Numbered from the stretch's first letter, positions 48,912 through 59,230 are shown. The stretch is 64,000 nt of DNA from Candidatus Altimarinota bacterium (GCA_965231215.1 OZ246423.1:480001-544000); one strand, 5' to 3'. Translations and numbers: made by a program. Notes: generated by a model from the sequence alone, not told the origin.

Positions 48912-49217
48912 ATGAAAAAACATGGAAAAGTAAGAAGACGAATGGAAAACCCCCAATTCCCAAAATGGAAAACCCCTCAAAACGGAGCTGGATTTTTGTT
49001 TGGAGCGGTTTTATGGATACTCATGATTTTAGGATTTTTATTCCTTTTCTATGTACAGCTGTTTAGTTTTAATCTGAAATACCTACTCCAACTTATTACC
49101 CCAGGAAATTATGAAATTCCTTTCTGGTTTTCTATTTTAATCGTGATTTTCCTATTCCCGGTAAGCTTGGCGGTGATCTTAGCCGGAGCTTTCCTCAGGA
49201 TTATCTTTAATAGATAA
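48912..49217 (+). CDS. Small hypothetical membrane protein
   Basis: Two hydrophobic segments; start uncertain. Confidence 0.5.
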   Translation: MKKHGKVRRRMENPQFPKWKTPQNGAGFLFGAVLWILMILGFLFLFYVQLFSFNLKYLLQLITPGNYEIPFWFSILIVIFLFPVSLAVILAGAFLRIIFNR

Positions 49218-49225
49218 CCCTGTTT

Positions 49226-49336
49226 GAGATAGTTTCTCATAAAACTTTATGAACCTTTCGCAGAATTTACAACTATCTGAGCGAAGCGATTTTTGGAGAT
49301 TCAAAAAGTGAGTAACTAGTTTTATAAAACTGTCTC
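49226..49336. repeat. Intergenic palindromic (MITE/REP-like) element
   Basis: Terminal inverted repeats gagatagttt / aaactgtctc; internal gagcgaagcga. Confidence 0.45.
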
Positions 49337-49393
49337 GTAGAGGAGTTTTTTGGGGCCACGAAAAAATGAACCAAAAGAAATTCTAACTTTTTT

Positions 49394-49419
49394 TGAAAGA
49401 AAAAAATCCTCCCCCCGTA
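49394..49419 (+). promoter_or_regulatory. Candidate ECF (SigW-like) promoter
   Basis: TGAAAG-N16-CGTA upstream of 49471; repeated at 50287. Confidence 0.6.
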
Positions 49420-49470
49420 TAACTCCATGCAAGACACTTTGCTTTCATTTACTTCTTAACCTATAAAAAA

Positions 49471-50184
49471 ATGAAAACACCACTCAACATCGCTCTCGGA
49501 CTAGCCGTTCTTGGGACTTCAACTATCGCACTCGATGCTAACGCTCAAGGCTTCCAAGATCATTTCCAAAACCATTTCCAAAACTCAACTCAAGAACAAA
49601 GAGAGAAAGGCAACAAAAGATTCGGATTCTGGAGAAGTTGGAAACAAGACATTACTAAAACCGTAGAAAAAATTGATAACGGAGTAAAAATCACCATGAC
49701 CACAGAAAACGAAGACATCTTAGCCAAACTTCAAGAAAGAGAAGCCAGAGAAACTGACAAATTTACAGTCACTATTTCAAAGCTAGATAACGGAATCGTG
49801 GTAACTAAAACTTCCGATGATGAAGCTATCGTAGAAAGACTCCATGCACGAGCCGATAAACATGTGCTAAAAAGTAGCATTACAAAAAACGTAGAAAACC
49901 TAGATAACGGGGTAAAAATCACCATTACTTCTGATAACAGTGAAGCCGTAGCCAAAATTCAAGACAGAGAACAAAAAGAGATTGAACACGAAGACATTAC
50001 CAAAACGGTAACAAACCTTTCTAACGGAGTAGAAATTATAATTACTACCGACAACGAAGAACTCGTAGAAAAAATCCAAAAACGAGCAGAAAGAAAAGGG
50101 ATGAAAAGGAAAGGAAGACACTTTAAAAAGTTTAACCAACGTTTTAATCGAGCTAAAAACTTCACTGACGGAGAACCAAACTAA
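49471..50184 (+). CDS. Secreted protein with four ~38-aa tandem repeats
   Basis: Signal peptide; repeat consensus (I/F)TKxVxxLDNGVxIxxTxDxEExVxKIQxR x4. Confidence 0.8.
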   Translation: MKTPLNIALGLAVLGTSTIALDANAQGFQDHFQNHFQNSTQEQREKGNKRFGFWRSWKQDITKTVEKIDNGVKITMTTENEDILAKLQEREARETDKFTVTISKLDNGIVVTKTSDDEAIVERLHARADKHVLKSSITKNVENLDNGVKITITSDNSEAVAKIQDREQKEIEHEDITKTVTNLSNGVEIIITTDNEELVEKIQKRAERKGMKRKGRHFKKFNQRFNRAKNFTDGEPN

Positions 50185-50212
50185 GCTACACAAGAAAACG
50201 GTTATAGATAAC

Positions 50213-50246
50213 AAAAAACTGGGCCTAGAGGGGGCCCAGTTTTTTT
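50213..50246 (+). terminator. Rho-independent terminator
   Basis: aaaaaactgggcc-N7-ggcccagttttttt. Confidence 0.85.
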
Positions 50247-50286
50247 GGGCGATGCAAAAAATGAATAATCAAAGACTCACTTTTTT

Positions 50287-50313
50287 TGAAAGAAAATAAA
50301 TCCCAAAAACGTA
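50287..50313 (+). promoter_or_regulatory. Candidate ECF autoregulatory promoter
   Basis: TGAAAG-N17-CGTA upstream of the ECF sigma gene. Confidence 0.55.
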
Positions 50314-50580
50314 TCAATTAGTGCCAACACCAAAAAAGTTAAAAATCTTGGCGCACTTTCAAAACCTAAAACGTATAAATACTTGAAATAACTACTCAAA
50401 AAACCATGAAATATTATCAAAACTGGACTCGGAAATTTTTTGGAAAAACAGATCTAAGTACTTTCTTTCCAAAACAAAAATCACCTCGGTTTAAATACCA
50501 AGGCGCCCAAGCGCACTGGGGAAACTTCTAAACAAACTCTTTGCCTCAAGACTCGCTCTTTGTTATAACCAAAACAACGA

Positions 50581-51153
50581 ATGTCAAAACCCCCTCTCTC
50601 TGATGCTCAACTCGTACAAAACGCTCTCCAAAACCTGGAGTCCTTTGCCGATATCATGGAAAGATACGAACACCAATTAAAAATCTACATCCTCAGAATT
50701 TCAAATATAAGTGACCTAGAAGCCGAAGAAATACTCCAAGAGGTTTTCATCAAGGCCTGGAAAAATCTCAATGACTTTGATCAAACCCTTAAACTTTCTA
50801 CCTGGCTCTACCGAATTACCCACAATGAAGTTATTTCTAACTACAGAAAACTAAAATCACGAGGCGAAGATATAAAACCTGAATTTGATGATGAATTTAT
50901 AGAGTCAGTAGCCGATGAATTTAATTTTATAGAAGAATTTGATAAACGAATTAATACAGAAACGGTTAGAGAAATACTCGCTCAACTTCCTGAAAAATAT
51001 AGAGAAGTCCTCGTCCTCAAATTTATAGAAGATAAAAGCTACGATGAAATTGCAGACATACTGCAAAAACCCCCAGGCACCATTGCTACACTCATAAACC
51101 GTGCCAAAAGCGCCTTTAAAGATATCGTCGAAAGACAACAAATTAAACTCTGA
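50581..51153 (+). CDS. ECF RNA polymerase sigma factor
   Basis: Region 2 (AEEILQEVFIKAWKNL..FD...KLSTWLYRI.HN) and region 4 (LPEKYREVLVL......SYDEIADIL..P.GTI.T.INRAK). Confidence 0.95.
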   Translation: MSKPPLSDAQLVQNALQNLESFADIMERYEHQLKIYILRISNISDLEAEEILQEVFIKAWKNLNDFDQTLKLSTWLYRITHNEVISNYRKLKSRGEDIKPEFDDEFIESVADEFNFIEEFDKRINTETVREILAQLPEKYREVLVLKFIEDKSYDEIADILQKPPGTIATLINRAKSAFKDIVERQQIKL

Positions 51154-51155
51154 TA

Positions 51156-52442
51156 ATGAACAAAAGTAAACTCTCAAAATCGATTCTCAAACGGATAGAA
51201 ACTGAAAATATTCAGCCAACATCCAAATGGTATTTTGTATTCAAAAATCTGAGCTTCTGGATCTTCTTTGCTTTGGCCATGATGGTTGGAGCCATAAGTT
51301 TTTCAATTATGGTATACGCCTTACAAAACACAGATTTTGAAATGCTTCAGTATTTAGAAGAAAGTGAGGGCCTTAGTGAAATTTTGGCCATGATGCCTTT
51401 CCTCTGGGTATTTGCTATCGGCATGGCCACTGGAATCGGCATCTGGGGACTCAAAAATACGAAACGCGGTTATCGAATCGCCATCTTCGGACTTATCGGG
51501 AGTAATATCCTAGGCAGTATGTTCTTGGGAAGCCTCGTTCACGGAGTCGGAGGCGGCGAATACATTGAAGAAATTTTAGAAGAAAAAGTAGAGTTCTATG
51601 AAGGCGTTCGAAAAAAACACCAAAAATTTTGGGGCAACCCAGAAGTTACAGGACGCCTTGGAGGCATTGTTCAATCCGTTGATAAAACCACTCAAACAAT
51701 GACTATTTCAGGCCCTCGAGGACGAACCTGGGAAGTCAAAGTAGAAGATAGTAAATACCCAATTGAAATTGGGAAACCCATTAAAATGAAAGGACAGTTC
51801 ACTCCAGGAGGACAGTTTAAACCCGCACATATCAAACCCGCCCTCAGGCATGAAAAAATGCATCGAAAAATCAAAAGGCATTTTGAAAAAAATCCCGAAC
51901 TCAGAGAAAAAGTAAAATCTTTCCTGCCCCCAGAAACTCAAGAAAAATTTAAAACCCTCGAAAACAAAGATATTTCACCAGCACAGAGGCACGAAATCAT
52001 GAGGGAAGTAAGACAAACTCTCACCCCAGCACAAAGAGAAGAAATCCATCAAGAGGTTAAAGCCTCCATAAAACAGGAACAGCAAGAACGCCGAGAGTTA
52101 AAACAAAAAATAGATACAAACCTAGAACCATCAGAACGAAAAGCCCTAAGACAGGCTACAAAATCAGGGGAACCCCTATCTCCGGCACTAAAGCAAAAAA
52201 TAAACAACACCCTCACCCCAAAAGAGCAACAAGTTATGAAAGCCAAAATTCAAGAAACACAGGAAGACCAAAAAAGAAAAAAAGGCATAAAAACTCAAAT
52301 AAGAGAAAAAATATCAGAGGAAAAACGTGAACATATCCACGAAAAATTTAGACGTACGGGGAATCTCTCTAGGCCAGAAAGGTCACAACTACAAAACCTA
52401 AAACAATCCATAAGACCTGGCGAACCGGCTCGTCAAAGATAA
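51156..52442 (+). CDS. Membrane protein, probable anti-sigma factor
   Basis: Starts 2 bp after the ECF gene; 3 TM helices, an OB-like segment and a charged helical C-terminus. Confidence 0.6.
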   Translation: MNKSKLSKSILKRIETENIQPTSKWYFVFKNLSFWIFFALAMMVGAISFSIMVYALQNTDFEMLQYLEESEGLSEILAMMPFLWVFAIGMATGIGIWGLKNTKRGYRIAIFGLIGSNILGSMFLGSLVHGVGGGEYIEEILEEKVEFYEGVRKKHQKFWGNPEVTGRLGGIVQSVDKTTQTMTISGPRGRTWEVKVEDSKYPIEIGKPIKMKGQFTPGGQFKPAHIKPALRHEKMHRKIKRHFEKNPELREKVKSFLPPETQEKFKTLENKDISPAQRHEIMREVRQTLTPAQREEIHQEVKASIKQEQQERRELKQKIDTNLEPSERKALRQATKSGEPLSPALKQKINNTLTPKEQQVMKAKIQETQEDQKRKKGIKTQIREKISEEKREHIHEKFRRTGNLSRPERSQLQNLKQSIRPGEPARQR

Positions 52443-52452
52443 ATTTTGTGGT

Positions 52453-52860
52453 ATGCTAGAGTTCATGGACATATTTCTGTTGGTAGCCATAGTAATTTGC
52501 ATCTTGATTTTGGGGTTATGCGCCTGGAAACTAAAACCACGCAAAAGACTCCACAAAACCTTATGCAATAAGGCTGTCTTTGATATTGAAAATACTAAAA
52601 CATTGGACCCAAACCATAGCCTTATGGACAGTCACAAGATATTTATAGCCGCGCTCAAAACTCTATTCCCAAAAGAAAAAGAACTTCATGCTGCTCAGCT
52701 CATTGCCAGGGTAGATCAACAATTTCCTAACACCCAAAACATCTGGAAACTGCACAAACTCAGGAACAAAGCTGCCCATCAACCTAACTTTGAGATTTAT
52801 CCAAAAACCGCTCAGAATGCTCGTTATGAATTTGTAAGAGCTTTAAAGTCTTTAATTTAA
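52453..52860 (+). CDS. Membrane-anchored hypothetical protein (HEPN/DUF4145-like RNxxAH motif)
   Basis: N-terminal TM helix; W.LHKLRNKAAH. Confidence 0.55.
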   Translation: MLEFMDIFLLVAIVICILILGLCAWKLKPRKRLHKTLCNKAVFDIENTKTLDPNHSLMDSHKIFIAALKTLFPKEKELHAAQLIARVDQQFPNTQNIWKLHKLRNKAAHQPNFEIYPKTAQNARYEFVRALKSLI

Positions 52861-52883
52861 GGCTTAATTTTTTTGTAGCTTTC

Positions 52884-55337
52884 CTAATTTTCAGTCGGTT
52901 TATCTTTCGTTTTGTGCTGTTTTTTGTCTTGCTCGGTACGGCTCCATCGACGGATTTTTTCTTCTACCTGTTCTCGAGGTTTGGCGTAACGTTGCCTTGA
53001 GAAGTTAATAATTTTTTGAGCCCGCTCTTCTGGATCTTCATCAGGTTTATGATCTGGAGGAGGCAAAGTATCTCCTGAAAATACCGGCGTGGTCATCCCA
53101 TCGACCATGATCCGGTTATAGACTTTATATTTTGGCAAACTCGCTAAGTTAATTGGCAAAATACGCTCTTCATCAAACTGCTCAGAAAGCACCTTAGCAT
53201 CATCAATCCCTACCTGAAAACTGACCAAACTTCCTACATTTCCAAAGACGGCAGCACGAACTTCATCACTCATTTGTTCAATGTACTGATTAGCCATCGT
53301 AAGTGAGAGTTTATATTTTCGAGCTTCAGATAAAATTGTCGCGAACGAATCCGTCGCAAAATTCTGGAATTCATCTACAAACAGAGCAAAATCTTTTCTC
53401 TCTTTTTCAGGCGTATCGGCTCGGCTCATTGCATCAATCTGAAACTTGGTAATCAGCATTGACCCCAGCATCGTGGAATTATCTTCCCCAATTTTTCCTT
53501 TTGATAGATTCACAATCACAATCTTGCCAGTATCCATGGCAAATCGAAGATCTAAAGTAGATTTTGGTTGTCCCATAATATTTCGAATAATTGGGGCTGA
53601 CAAAAACTGTCCAACCTTGTTTTGGATCGGCCCAACCGCCTCTGCCAACTTTGATGGAGGGAGCGCTGAAAATTCTGTTTTCCAAAAATTCAGCACCATA
53701 GGGTCTTCTACAAAGTGTAATATTTTTTCTCTATAGTCTTTGTCCACCAGCATTCTTGGAATTCCCAAAATAGTGGTATCTGGGGCTTCAATAAGCGCCA
53801 AAATAGTATTCCGTAAAAAATGTTCAAGCCTGGGACCCCAACTTTCAGCATACAGTTTTTTAAACACCCCAACCAATCCTGAAGCAATCACGGCTCTTTG
53901 TTCTGTATTTTTACCTTCCAGCATATTGAAAGAAACCGGAAAATCTCGATCAGCTGGATCAAAAATTACCACGTCATTGGTTCGGTTTTTAGGAATAAAC
54001 CGCAACACCGCTTCCGCTAGATCTCCATGAGGGTCAATCACGCCTACCCCTTTTCCAGCTTCTATATCTGACCGGATCATGTTTTCCAAAAGGGTAGATT
54101 TTCCCATGCCAGTTTTTCCAATAACATAGACATGTCTGCGTCTATCATCATTACGAATTCCATAAAACTGGTGATTAGTCCTAAAATTGGTTTTCCCAAT
54201 TAAAGTAATATTGCCCTCCCTATCGCTTGGTAAATGGGAAGGCGGTTCTAATTTTGGACTTTCTACCCAAGCAATACTAGGAGTGGTAACCGTTTCTGTA
54301 GGTAAATGATAGATGGTAGCCAGCTCCTCTTGAGAAAGGGCAAATGGTTTGTTCTGTCGTCTTCGAACCACCTTTTGAAACTGAGAGGATTTGGTATCCC
54401 TGGCTAAAGTAGAAATTTCTAAGCTATTGTGTTCTGCTAAAGAAAACTGTTGGAAGGATCCAACTATTTCCCGGATTTTAGCCTCAGCATGCAACGGATC
54501 AGGATCTGAGTGAATATAAACAGCACGAATATTTACTCCAAAATTCAGACGAATCAGTTTATCATATCCAGCCGTAAAAAGCGTTTCTCGATCATGCCGG
54601 GATGAGGTTTGAGCCTGCCGGTCTAAATCCTCTTCTTCATCATTGGTTCGAACAGAATCTAAACTCCCTCCTTTTTTCCACCCAAACAAAAAAATACACA
54701 TCCCCCAAAGAGGGGAACGTACAATTCGTTTTGATCGCAGAGGGTCTAAGCGCGCCCATTGATAAAAATCCCTAAACCAGTCCCAACGCCAAGGGCTAGA
54801 ACCCATAAATCTTCTAAGCGTGGATTGAGCCACTTCATTCCATTTTTTCTCAATAGGGGAAACGACAAACTGCAAGACGGCTGTATCTTGAGCCTCATAG
54901 AGGTGAGATAACGCTGAAGTAATGGGGCCTAAAGGGTCCTCAAAAGTTTGGTTCAGTTTATCCTCAAATTGAGGATATCTTTTCAGGGGAAAAACATAGG
55001 GACGTCCAGGCCTAAGAGTCGCTACCAAAGTCTGACGGCCCTTGACCAAAGATTTGGTAAAGTACTCTGGAACTGCCTCAATTTCGACGCCTGGATATTG
55101 AGCATAAATTTGTGAAGAAATCAGTGTTCTCAAGTGATTCGGAACCACAATATAAAAATATATCCGTCCTCCATGACGCACAATTTCAAAACTTACAGAC
55201 TCATCCTTAATCTTTTTGACCTCTTTAGATAAGAGACCGTGCAAGCTCGCCAAAATCTGCTCAAAGGCTAAAGGTCCACGTGTATTACCTCGAGGAATTT
55301 CAAGACGAAGGACTGTTTTGGGGGCAGATTTGGACAT
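52884..55337 (-). CDS. VirD4/TraG/TrwB-like type IV secretion coupling ATPase (HerA/FtsK superfamily)
   Basis: DDRRRHVYVIGKTGMGKSTLL, IDPHGDL, WGPRLE, FVDEFQNF, LSEARKY.L.L.MANQY. Confidence 0.88.
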   Translation of the reverse strand: MSKSAPKTVLRLEIPRGNTRGPLAFEQILASLHGLLSKEVKKIKDESVSFEIVRHGGRIYFYIVVPNHLRTLISSQIYAQYPGVEIEAVPEYFTKSLVKGRQTLVATLRPGRPYVFPLKRYPQFEDKLNQTFEDPLGPITSALSHLYEAQDTAVLQFVVSPIEKKWNEVAQSTLRRFMGSSPWRWDWFRDFYQWARLDPLRSKRIVRSPLWGMCIFLFGWKKGGSLDSVRTNDEEEDLDRQAQTSSRHDRETLFTAGYDKLIRLNFGVNIRAVYIHSDPDPLHAEAKIREIVGSFQQFSLAEHNSLEISTLARDTKSSQFQKVVRRRQNKPFALSQEELATIYHLPTETVTTPSIAWVESPKLEPPSHLPSDREGNITLIGKTNFRTNHQFYGIRNDDRRRHVYVIGKTGMGKSTLLENMIRSDIEAGKGVGVIDPHGDLAEAVLRFIPKNRTNDVVIFDPADRDFPVSFNMLEGKNTEQRAVIASGLVGVFKKLYAESWGPRLEHFLRNTILALIEAPDTTILGIPRMLVDKDYREKILHFVEDPMVLNFWKTEFSALPPSKLAEAVGPIQNKVGQFLSAPIIRNIMGQPKSTLDLRFAMDTGKIVIVNLSKGKIGEDNSTMLGSMLITKFQIDAMSRADTPEKERKDFALFVDEFQNFATDSFATILSEARKYKLSLTMANQYIEQMSDEVRAAVFGNVGSLVSFQVGIDDAKVLSEQFDEERILPINLASLPKYKVYNRIMVDGMTTPVFSGDTLPPPDHKPDEDPEERAQKIINFSRQRYAKPREQVEEKIRRWSRTEQDKKQHKTKDKPTEN

Positions 55338-55382
55338 TTTAGTATATCCTCAACAGTATATATTTAATATTGAATATTTTCA

Positions 55383-55676
55383 TCATAAATTGTGAATCAG
55401 CCAAGCTGGTAAAATATTTTTGGGCCATTTAGAATTTTCTAATACAAAAATTTCTATCGCACTGGGAAGATCATTTTCTGATAAAAAATAATTTACTTCA
55501 TCAAAAAGTTCTGGGTTAGAGCCTTCTATATCAATAAGCCAAGCCAAAAAACCTTCTGGTAATCTATTTTCGCCAAGGGCAACTTCAAAAAAGACTGACT
55601 CCTCTCTCCTCCGTTTATTTTCAGCTAGAGCTGCTTCCCATATATCATCACTGAGTTGTTCTTCAGGCTGCTTCAT
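55383..55676 (-). CDS. Hypothetical acidic protein
   Basis: 97-aa ATG ORF between tRNA-Leu and the VirD4-like gene. Confidence 0.5.
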   Translation of the reverse strand: MKQPEEQLSDDIWEAALAENKRRREESVFFEVALGENRLPEGFLAWLIDIEGSNPELFDEVNYFLSENDLPSAIEIFVLENSKWPKNILPAWLIHNL

Positions 55677-55695
55677 TTAATTATAAAACTCAATT

Positions 55696-55786
55696 TGGTG
55701 CACGAGAGAGGACTTGAACCTCCACGGGCATAAAAGTGCCCACTAGCCCCTCAAGCTAGCGCGTCTACCAATTCCGCCACTCGTGC
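55696..55786 (-). tRNA. tRNA-Leu(GAG)
   Basis: GCACGAGTGGCGGAATTGGTAGACGCGCTAGCTTGAGGGGCTAG... long variable arm ...GGTTCAAGTCCTCTCTCGTGCACCA. Confidence 0.96.
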
Positions 55787-55805
55787 TCAGGAAGTTTTAA
55801 AAATT

Positions 55806-55880
<75 letters not shown>

Positions 55881-55916
55881 TCATTTAAATAGCTGAGCGA
55901 GTGTAAGATTTTAGCC

Positions 55917-56534
55917 CTAATTGTCAAACCACTTCAAGTCATCTACGCTTTTTCGAGGTAGTGGTGTTTCTATGCGGCTAGTATCGGCCTTTCCCAAAGC
56001 GATCAGCATGACCGGCAGCAGGTTTTCGGGGAGCGCTAAATATGTACGAAGTTCGAGTTGCTTACACCCCATCATTGGACAAGTAGAAAACCCTAAATCC
56101 TCTGCCGCAAACAAAAAATGCATCGCCGCCATACTACAGCCTCGAATCACCATTTCTTTTTTCTTCCAATCCTCTCTGTCTTTTACCAATGAGGCTTTTA
56201 GGGCTTCAGCTTTTTTTTGATTAAAGTCACGAAATTCAACCCACTCAGATATAATTCTGTCCGTTTCATTTTTTCCAAAGTCTTTATCGCCTAATACAAC
56301 AACCAAATTTCCTGCTTCTAGAATGTGGTCTTGGTTATAGCAGATTGGGTGTAGGTCTTTTAACTGTGCATCCTCTTGGATGAGTTTGAATTTCCACGGT
56401 TGAGCATTGTATCCAGAAGGGGTATAACGCACATACTCTAATATTTGATCAAAATCCGATTCAGCAATTTTGAATCCCTTTTGAAAAAAGTGATTCGAGC
56501 GGCGTTTTTTTACAAGATCAGAAAATTCCATCAT
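55917..56534 (-). CDS. Nitroreductase family protein
   Basis: RRS..F, TPSGYNAQPWKF, G.STCPM.G, LIALGK, PRK. Confidence 0.92.
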   Translation of the reverse strand: MMEFSDLVKKRRSNHFFQKGFKIAESDFDQILEYVRYTPSGYNAQPWKFKLIQEDAQLKDLHPICYNQDHILEAGNLVVVLGDKDFGKNETDRIISEWVEFRDFNQKKAEALKASLVKDREDWKKKEMVIRGCSMAAMHFLFAAEDLGFSTCPMMGCKQLELRTYLALPENLLPVMLIALGKADTSRIETPLPRKSVDDLKWFDN

Positions 56535-56643
56535 GAATAAGGGTAAAGGGAAAAGGTTAAAAGTGAAAATATAAAAAGCAATAAAACATCAGATTGCTTA
56601 GTATTTAAGAAGAAATTGGAGTTTGCCGCACAATGACAGAAAT

Positions 56644-56763
56644 AAAAATCCTCAAAATTTTTTTATACGAAACGACCAGTAAAAATTATAGCGAGATATA
56701 GTAAAACTACGTTGAGCGAATTTTTACGCAGGCAACGAAGTATAGAAGAATTTTCAGGATTTT
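56644..56763. repeat. Palindromic MITE/RPE-like element
   Basis: 25-bp terminal inverted repeats (22/25 match) plus inner gtaaaaatt/aatttttac repeats. Confidence 0.65.
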
Positions 56764-57158
56764 TAGCTAATTCCTGAATAAGTAAGCGCAATAATACTCT
56801 TAACAATAATGTAAGAGAAGATAATGAGCACCAAACCGGCTAAAGACCAGAGAAGTCCTTTTTTGGCCTTAGTAAGAGCTTCTTGTTCCCCAAAAGAAAA
56901 AATCATTCTTCCGCCATTAATCACAATAAAAAGCACCGCCACTACCGCCGCTACACTGGCAATACCATCCGCTACTTTTTGAATCAGGCTACTGACGGCC
57001 GTAACCACCCCTTGAGGACTTCCTGGACTTCCCACGGTAGCGCCTGGAGTATATTTAACCCGAGGAAGCGTATAGGCTAAAACTTCATTCACCCAAAACA
57101 ACGATACGAGCCCAAAGGCTATCACTTGAGGCTGAAAACGTCTCAATTTTTCTATCAT
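56763..57158 (-). CDS. TrbC/VirB2-like pilin
   Basis: VAVLFIVINGGRMIFSFG....LTKAKKGLLWSLAGLVLIIFSYIIV. Confidence 0.8.
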   Translation of the reverse strand: MIEKLRRFQPQVIAFGLVSLFWVNEVLAYTLPRVKYTPGATVGSPGSPQGVVTAVSSLIQKVADGIASVAAVVAVLFIVINGGRMIFSFGEQEALTKAKKGLLWSLAGLVLIIFSYIIVKSIIALTYSGIS

Positions 57159-57159
57159 C

Positions 57160-57555
57160 TTAAGCGAATATAAAGTAAATGGCTTTCATTAGTGAGTAAC
57201 TAATTACAATAAATAGAATTCCAACGACTCCATAACGGAAAAAATCACGGGCTTTTTTAACCTGTTCTTCGTCTTGAGCGGCATAAATAAATTTAAGTCC
57301 AGCCAGAATAAACATAACAAATACAATGGGCGCCGTTACCAAAATCAAAATTTCAATGACTTTGGGAATAAAGTAGATAATCAGTCTTCCACTCCCTGAA
57401 GTTATATCCCCTGAATTACTCCCCAAGACCCCTTGAACCTGCCCACCACCTCCCCAGGCTGGAAACACAGCATTTGGGTTAAATCCTTGAGCATATACTT
57501 CTGGTACAAACAGAAGTAATGCCAACAAAAATACCAGGGCTACAACAGATTTCAT
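57160..57555 (-). CDS. TrbC/VirB2-like pilin
   Basis: MFILAGLKFIYA..DEEQVKKAR......VVGILFIVISY. Confidence 0.8.
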   Translation of the reverse strand: MKSVVALVFLLALLLFVPEVYAQGFNPNAVFPAWGGGGQVQGVLGSNSGDITSGSGRLIIYFIPKVIEILILVTAPIVFVMFILAGLKFIYAAQDEEQVKKARDFFRYGVVGILFIVISYSLMKAIYFIFA

Positions 57556-58056
57556 CTAGCTTAAATAATTAAGGTTAATAACAATCTGGACCGCCGTATA
57601 AGAGAGAATGACCATGATGACTCCCAGTATGGCCCAAATAATAGTATTCCGAGCTTTATCGTACATTTCCTGATCTCCTCCAGCGAAGATATACATTAAT
57701 CCTCCAACAATAACTACCGCTACAGAGGCTGCCAGTAAAAAAGCGGCCACCCAATTGGTAAGCTGAGGAATCATCCCATCTCTTACATGCGTTACTCCCG
57801 CGGCAGCACTTCCTGGGCCGGCCAATATTCCGCCATTTGGAACATTAGGGCCCCCCCCTCCGCCACCGCCACCAAAAGCAAGACCAGATCCCCCACTAGA
57901 GCCCCCCCTAAAAGCATTAATAAAAGAGGAAGCCGTATTTACAGCGGCAGAAATACCATTCACAATACCTCCAAAACTAAGAGCCTGTACCGGTTGTACA
58001 GTCGTGGCAGTCCCCACAAACAGTAAAAGGCAGAAAGAAAGAATAATTTTTCGCAT
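57556..58056 (-). CDS. TrbC/VirB2-like pilin with Gly-rich N-terminal extension
   Basis: SVAVVIVGGLMYIFAGGD....DKARNTIIWAILGVIMVILSY. Confidence 0.8.
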   Translation of the reverse strand: MRKIILSFCLLLFVGTATTVQPVQALSFGGIVNGISAAVNTASSFINAFRGGSSGGSGLAFGGGGGGGGPNVPNGGILAGPGSAAAGVTHVRDGMIPQLTNWVAAFLLAASVAVVIVGGLMYIFAGGDQEMYDKARNTIIWAILGVIMVILSYTAVQIVINLNYLS

Positions 58057-58079
58057 GCTTTTGTTTTTCTATTCTCCTC

Positions 58080-58121
58080 ATTATATCAAGACTTGAAGAA
58101 AAAATCAAATTTTGGTATAAT
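58080..58121. promoter_or_regulatory. Overlapping divergent sigma70 promoters (pilin operon and pilT)
   Basis: Minus strand TTGATT-N17-TATAAT (58108-58080); plus strand TTGAAG-N17-TATAAT (58093-58121). Confidence 0.6.
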
Positions 58122-58131
58122 GATCCGATCA

Positions 58132-59229
58132 ATGAAAAAAGACGTAGAAGTTTCTATAGAAAAAGTAGAGCAGATTAGGGCTCGAGCCTTAAAGCTTGGA
58201 GCTTCCGATATATTTCTATCGGCTGGCTCAAAGCCAGCAGCTCGAGTAAACGGAAAAACTATATTCTTCAATGATGAAGCCATCATCACCAATACTATTC
58301 TAGAAAGGTATCTTTTGGGAAAAATCGGTATAGAAGAAAGAGATAACCTCAACAAAAAGTTAGAATTTGATTTTGCGGTAGACTCAGAAGATGGAAAACA
58401 GCGTTTCCGAGTGAATGCTTTCTGGCAAATGGGAGGGCTTTCTATTGTTTTCCGGTATATCCCTGAAAATGTCCCTACATTTGAAGAACTCAACCTCCCA
58501 AACCAAATCCGGAGAGTAACCGAATACAAAAATGGGCTGATTCTCGTGACTGGGGCGATGGGTTCAGGGAAATCAACAACTCTGGCTTCGATAATTGATC
58601 TGATAAACAAAAATTATCACAAGCATATCGTAACCATTGAAGACCCCATTGAATTTATTCACAAAGACAATCTTTCATTGATTGAACAAAGAGAACTTGA
58701 AATTCATACTAACAGCTATGATAAGGCTCTCAGATCCTGCCTCCGTGAAGCCGCCGATGTAATTCTGGTAGGAGAGCTGCGAGATTTAGACACAATTCAA
58801 GGAGCTATCACCGCTGCAGAAACGGGCGCCTTAGTCTTTGCTACAGTACATACTAACGGAGCTCCAAATGCCGTTAATCGTATTATTGATGTTTTCCCCG
58901 CTGAACAACAAAACCAGGTCAGAACACAACTAGCCGAAGTCCTTAGATGTGTCATTTGGCAAACCCTTCTCCCTCTCAAAAATGAAGATAGGCGAGTCGC
59001 TGCATTTGAAATTCTATTCCAGACTTATGCCGTATCAAACCTCATCCGTGAAGGAAAAACCTACCAATTAGATTCGGTCATTGAAACTGGGCAAACCGAA
59101 GGGATGATTTCTATGAAAAAGACTTTAGATTGGTTGTTAGAGAATGACCTTATTACAACAGACACCGCACACAGGACGCTCCCAAATCTGTTTGATTCAG
59201 CTGTAAAACACCAAAATCCAGAAACATAA
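58132..59229 (+). CDS. pilT: Type IV pilus retraction ATPase PilT
   Basis: ASDIFL, RFRVNAF, TGAMGSGKSTTLA, TIEDPIEF, GELRD, AAETG.LVF.TVHT, NLIREGK; ATG 58132 preferred from the promoter position. Confidence 0.93.
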   Translation: MKKDVEVSIEKVEQIRARALKLGASDIFLSAGSKPAARVNGKTIFFNDEAIITNTILERYLLGKIGIEERDNLNKKLEFDFAVDSEDGKQRFRVNAFWQMGGLSIVFRYIPENVPTFEELNLPNQIRRVTEYKNGLILVTGAMGSGKSTTLASIIDLINKNYHKHIVTIEDPIEFIHKDNLSLIEQRELEIHTNSYDKALRSCLREAADVILVGELRDLDTIQGAITAAETGALVFATVHTNGAPNAVNRIIDVFPAEQQNQVRTQLAEVLRCVIWQTLLPLKNEDRRVAAFEILFQTYAVSNLIREGKTYQLDSVIETGQTEGMISMKKTLDWLLENDLITTDTAHRTLPNLFDSAVKHQNPET

Positions 59230-59230
59230 T

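Noticed and set aside
52453-52860. HEPN toxin or defence system
   Set aside because: The RNxxAH motif is present, but the protein is a small membrane-anchored type with no nucleotidyltransferase or antitoxin partner nearby.
58086-58610. 174-aa minus-strand ORF
   Set aside because: It is the antisense shadow of pilT.
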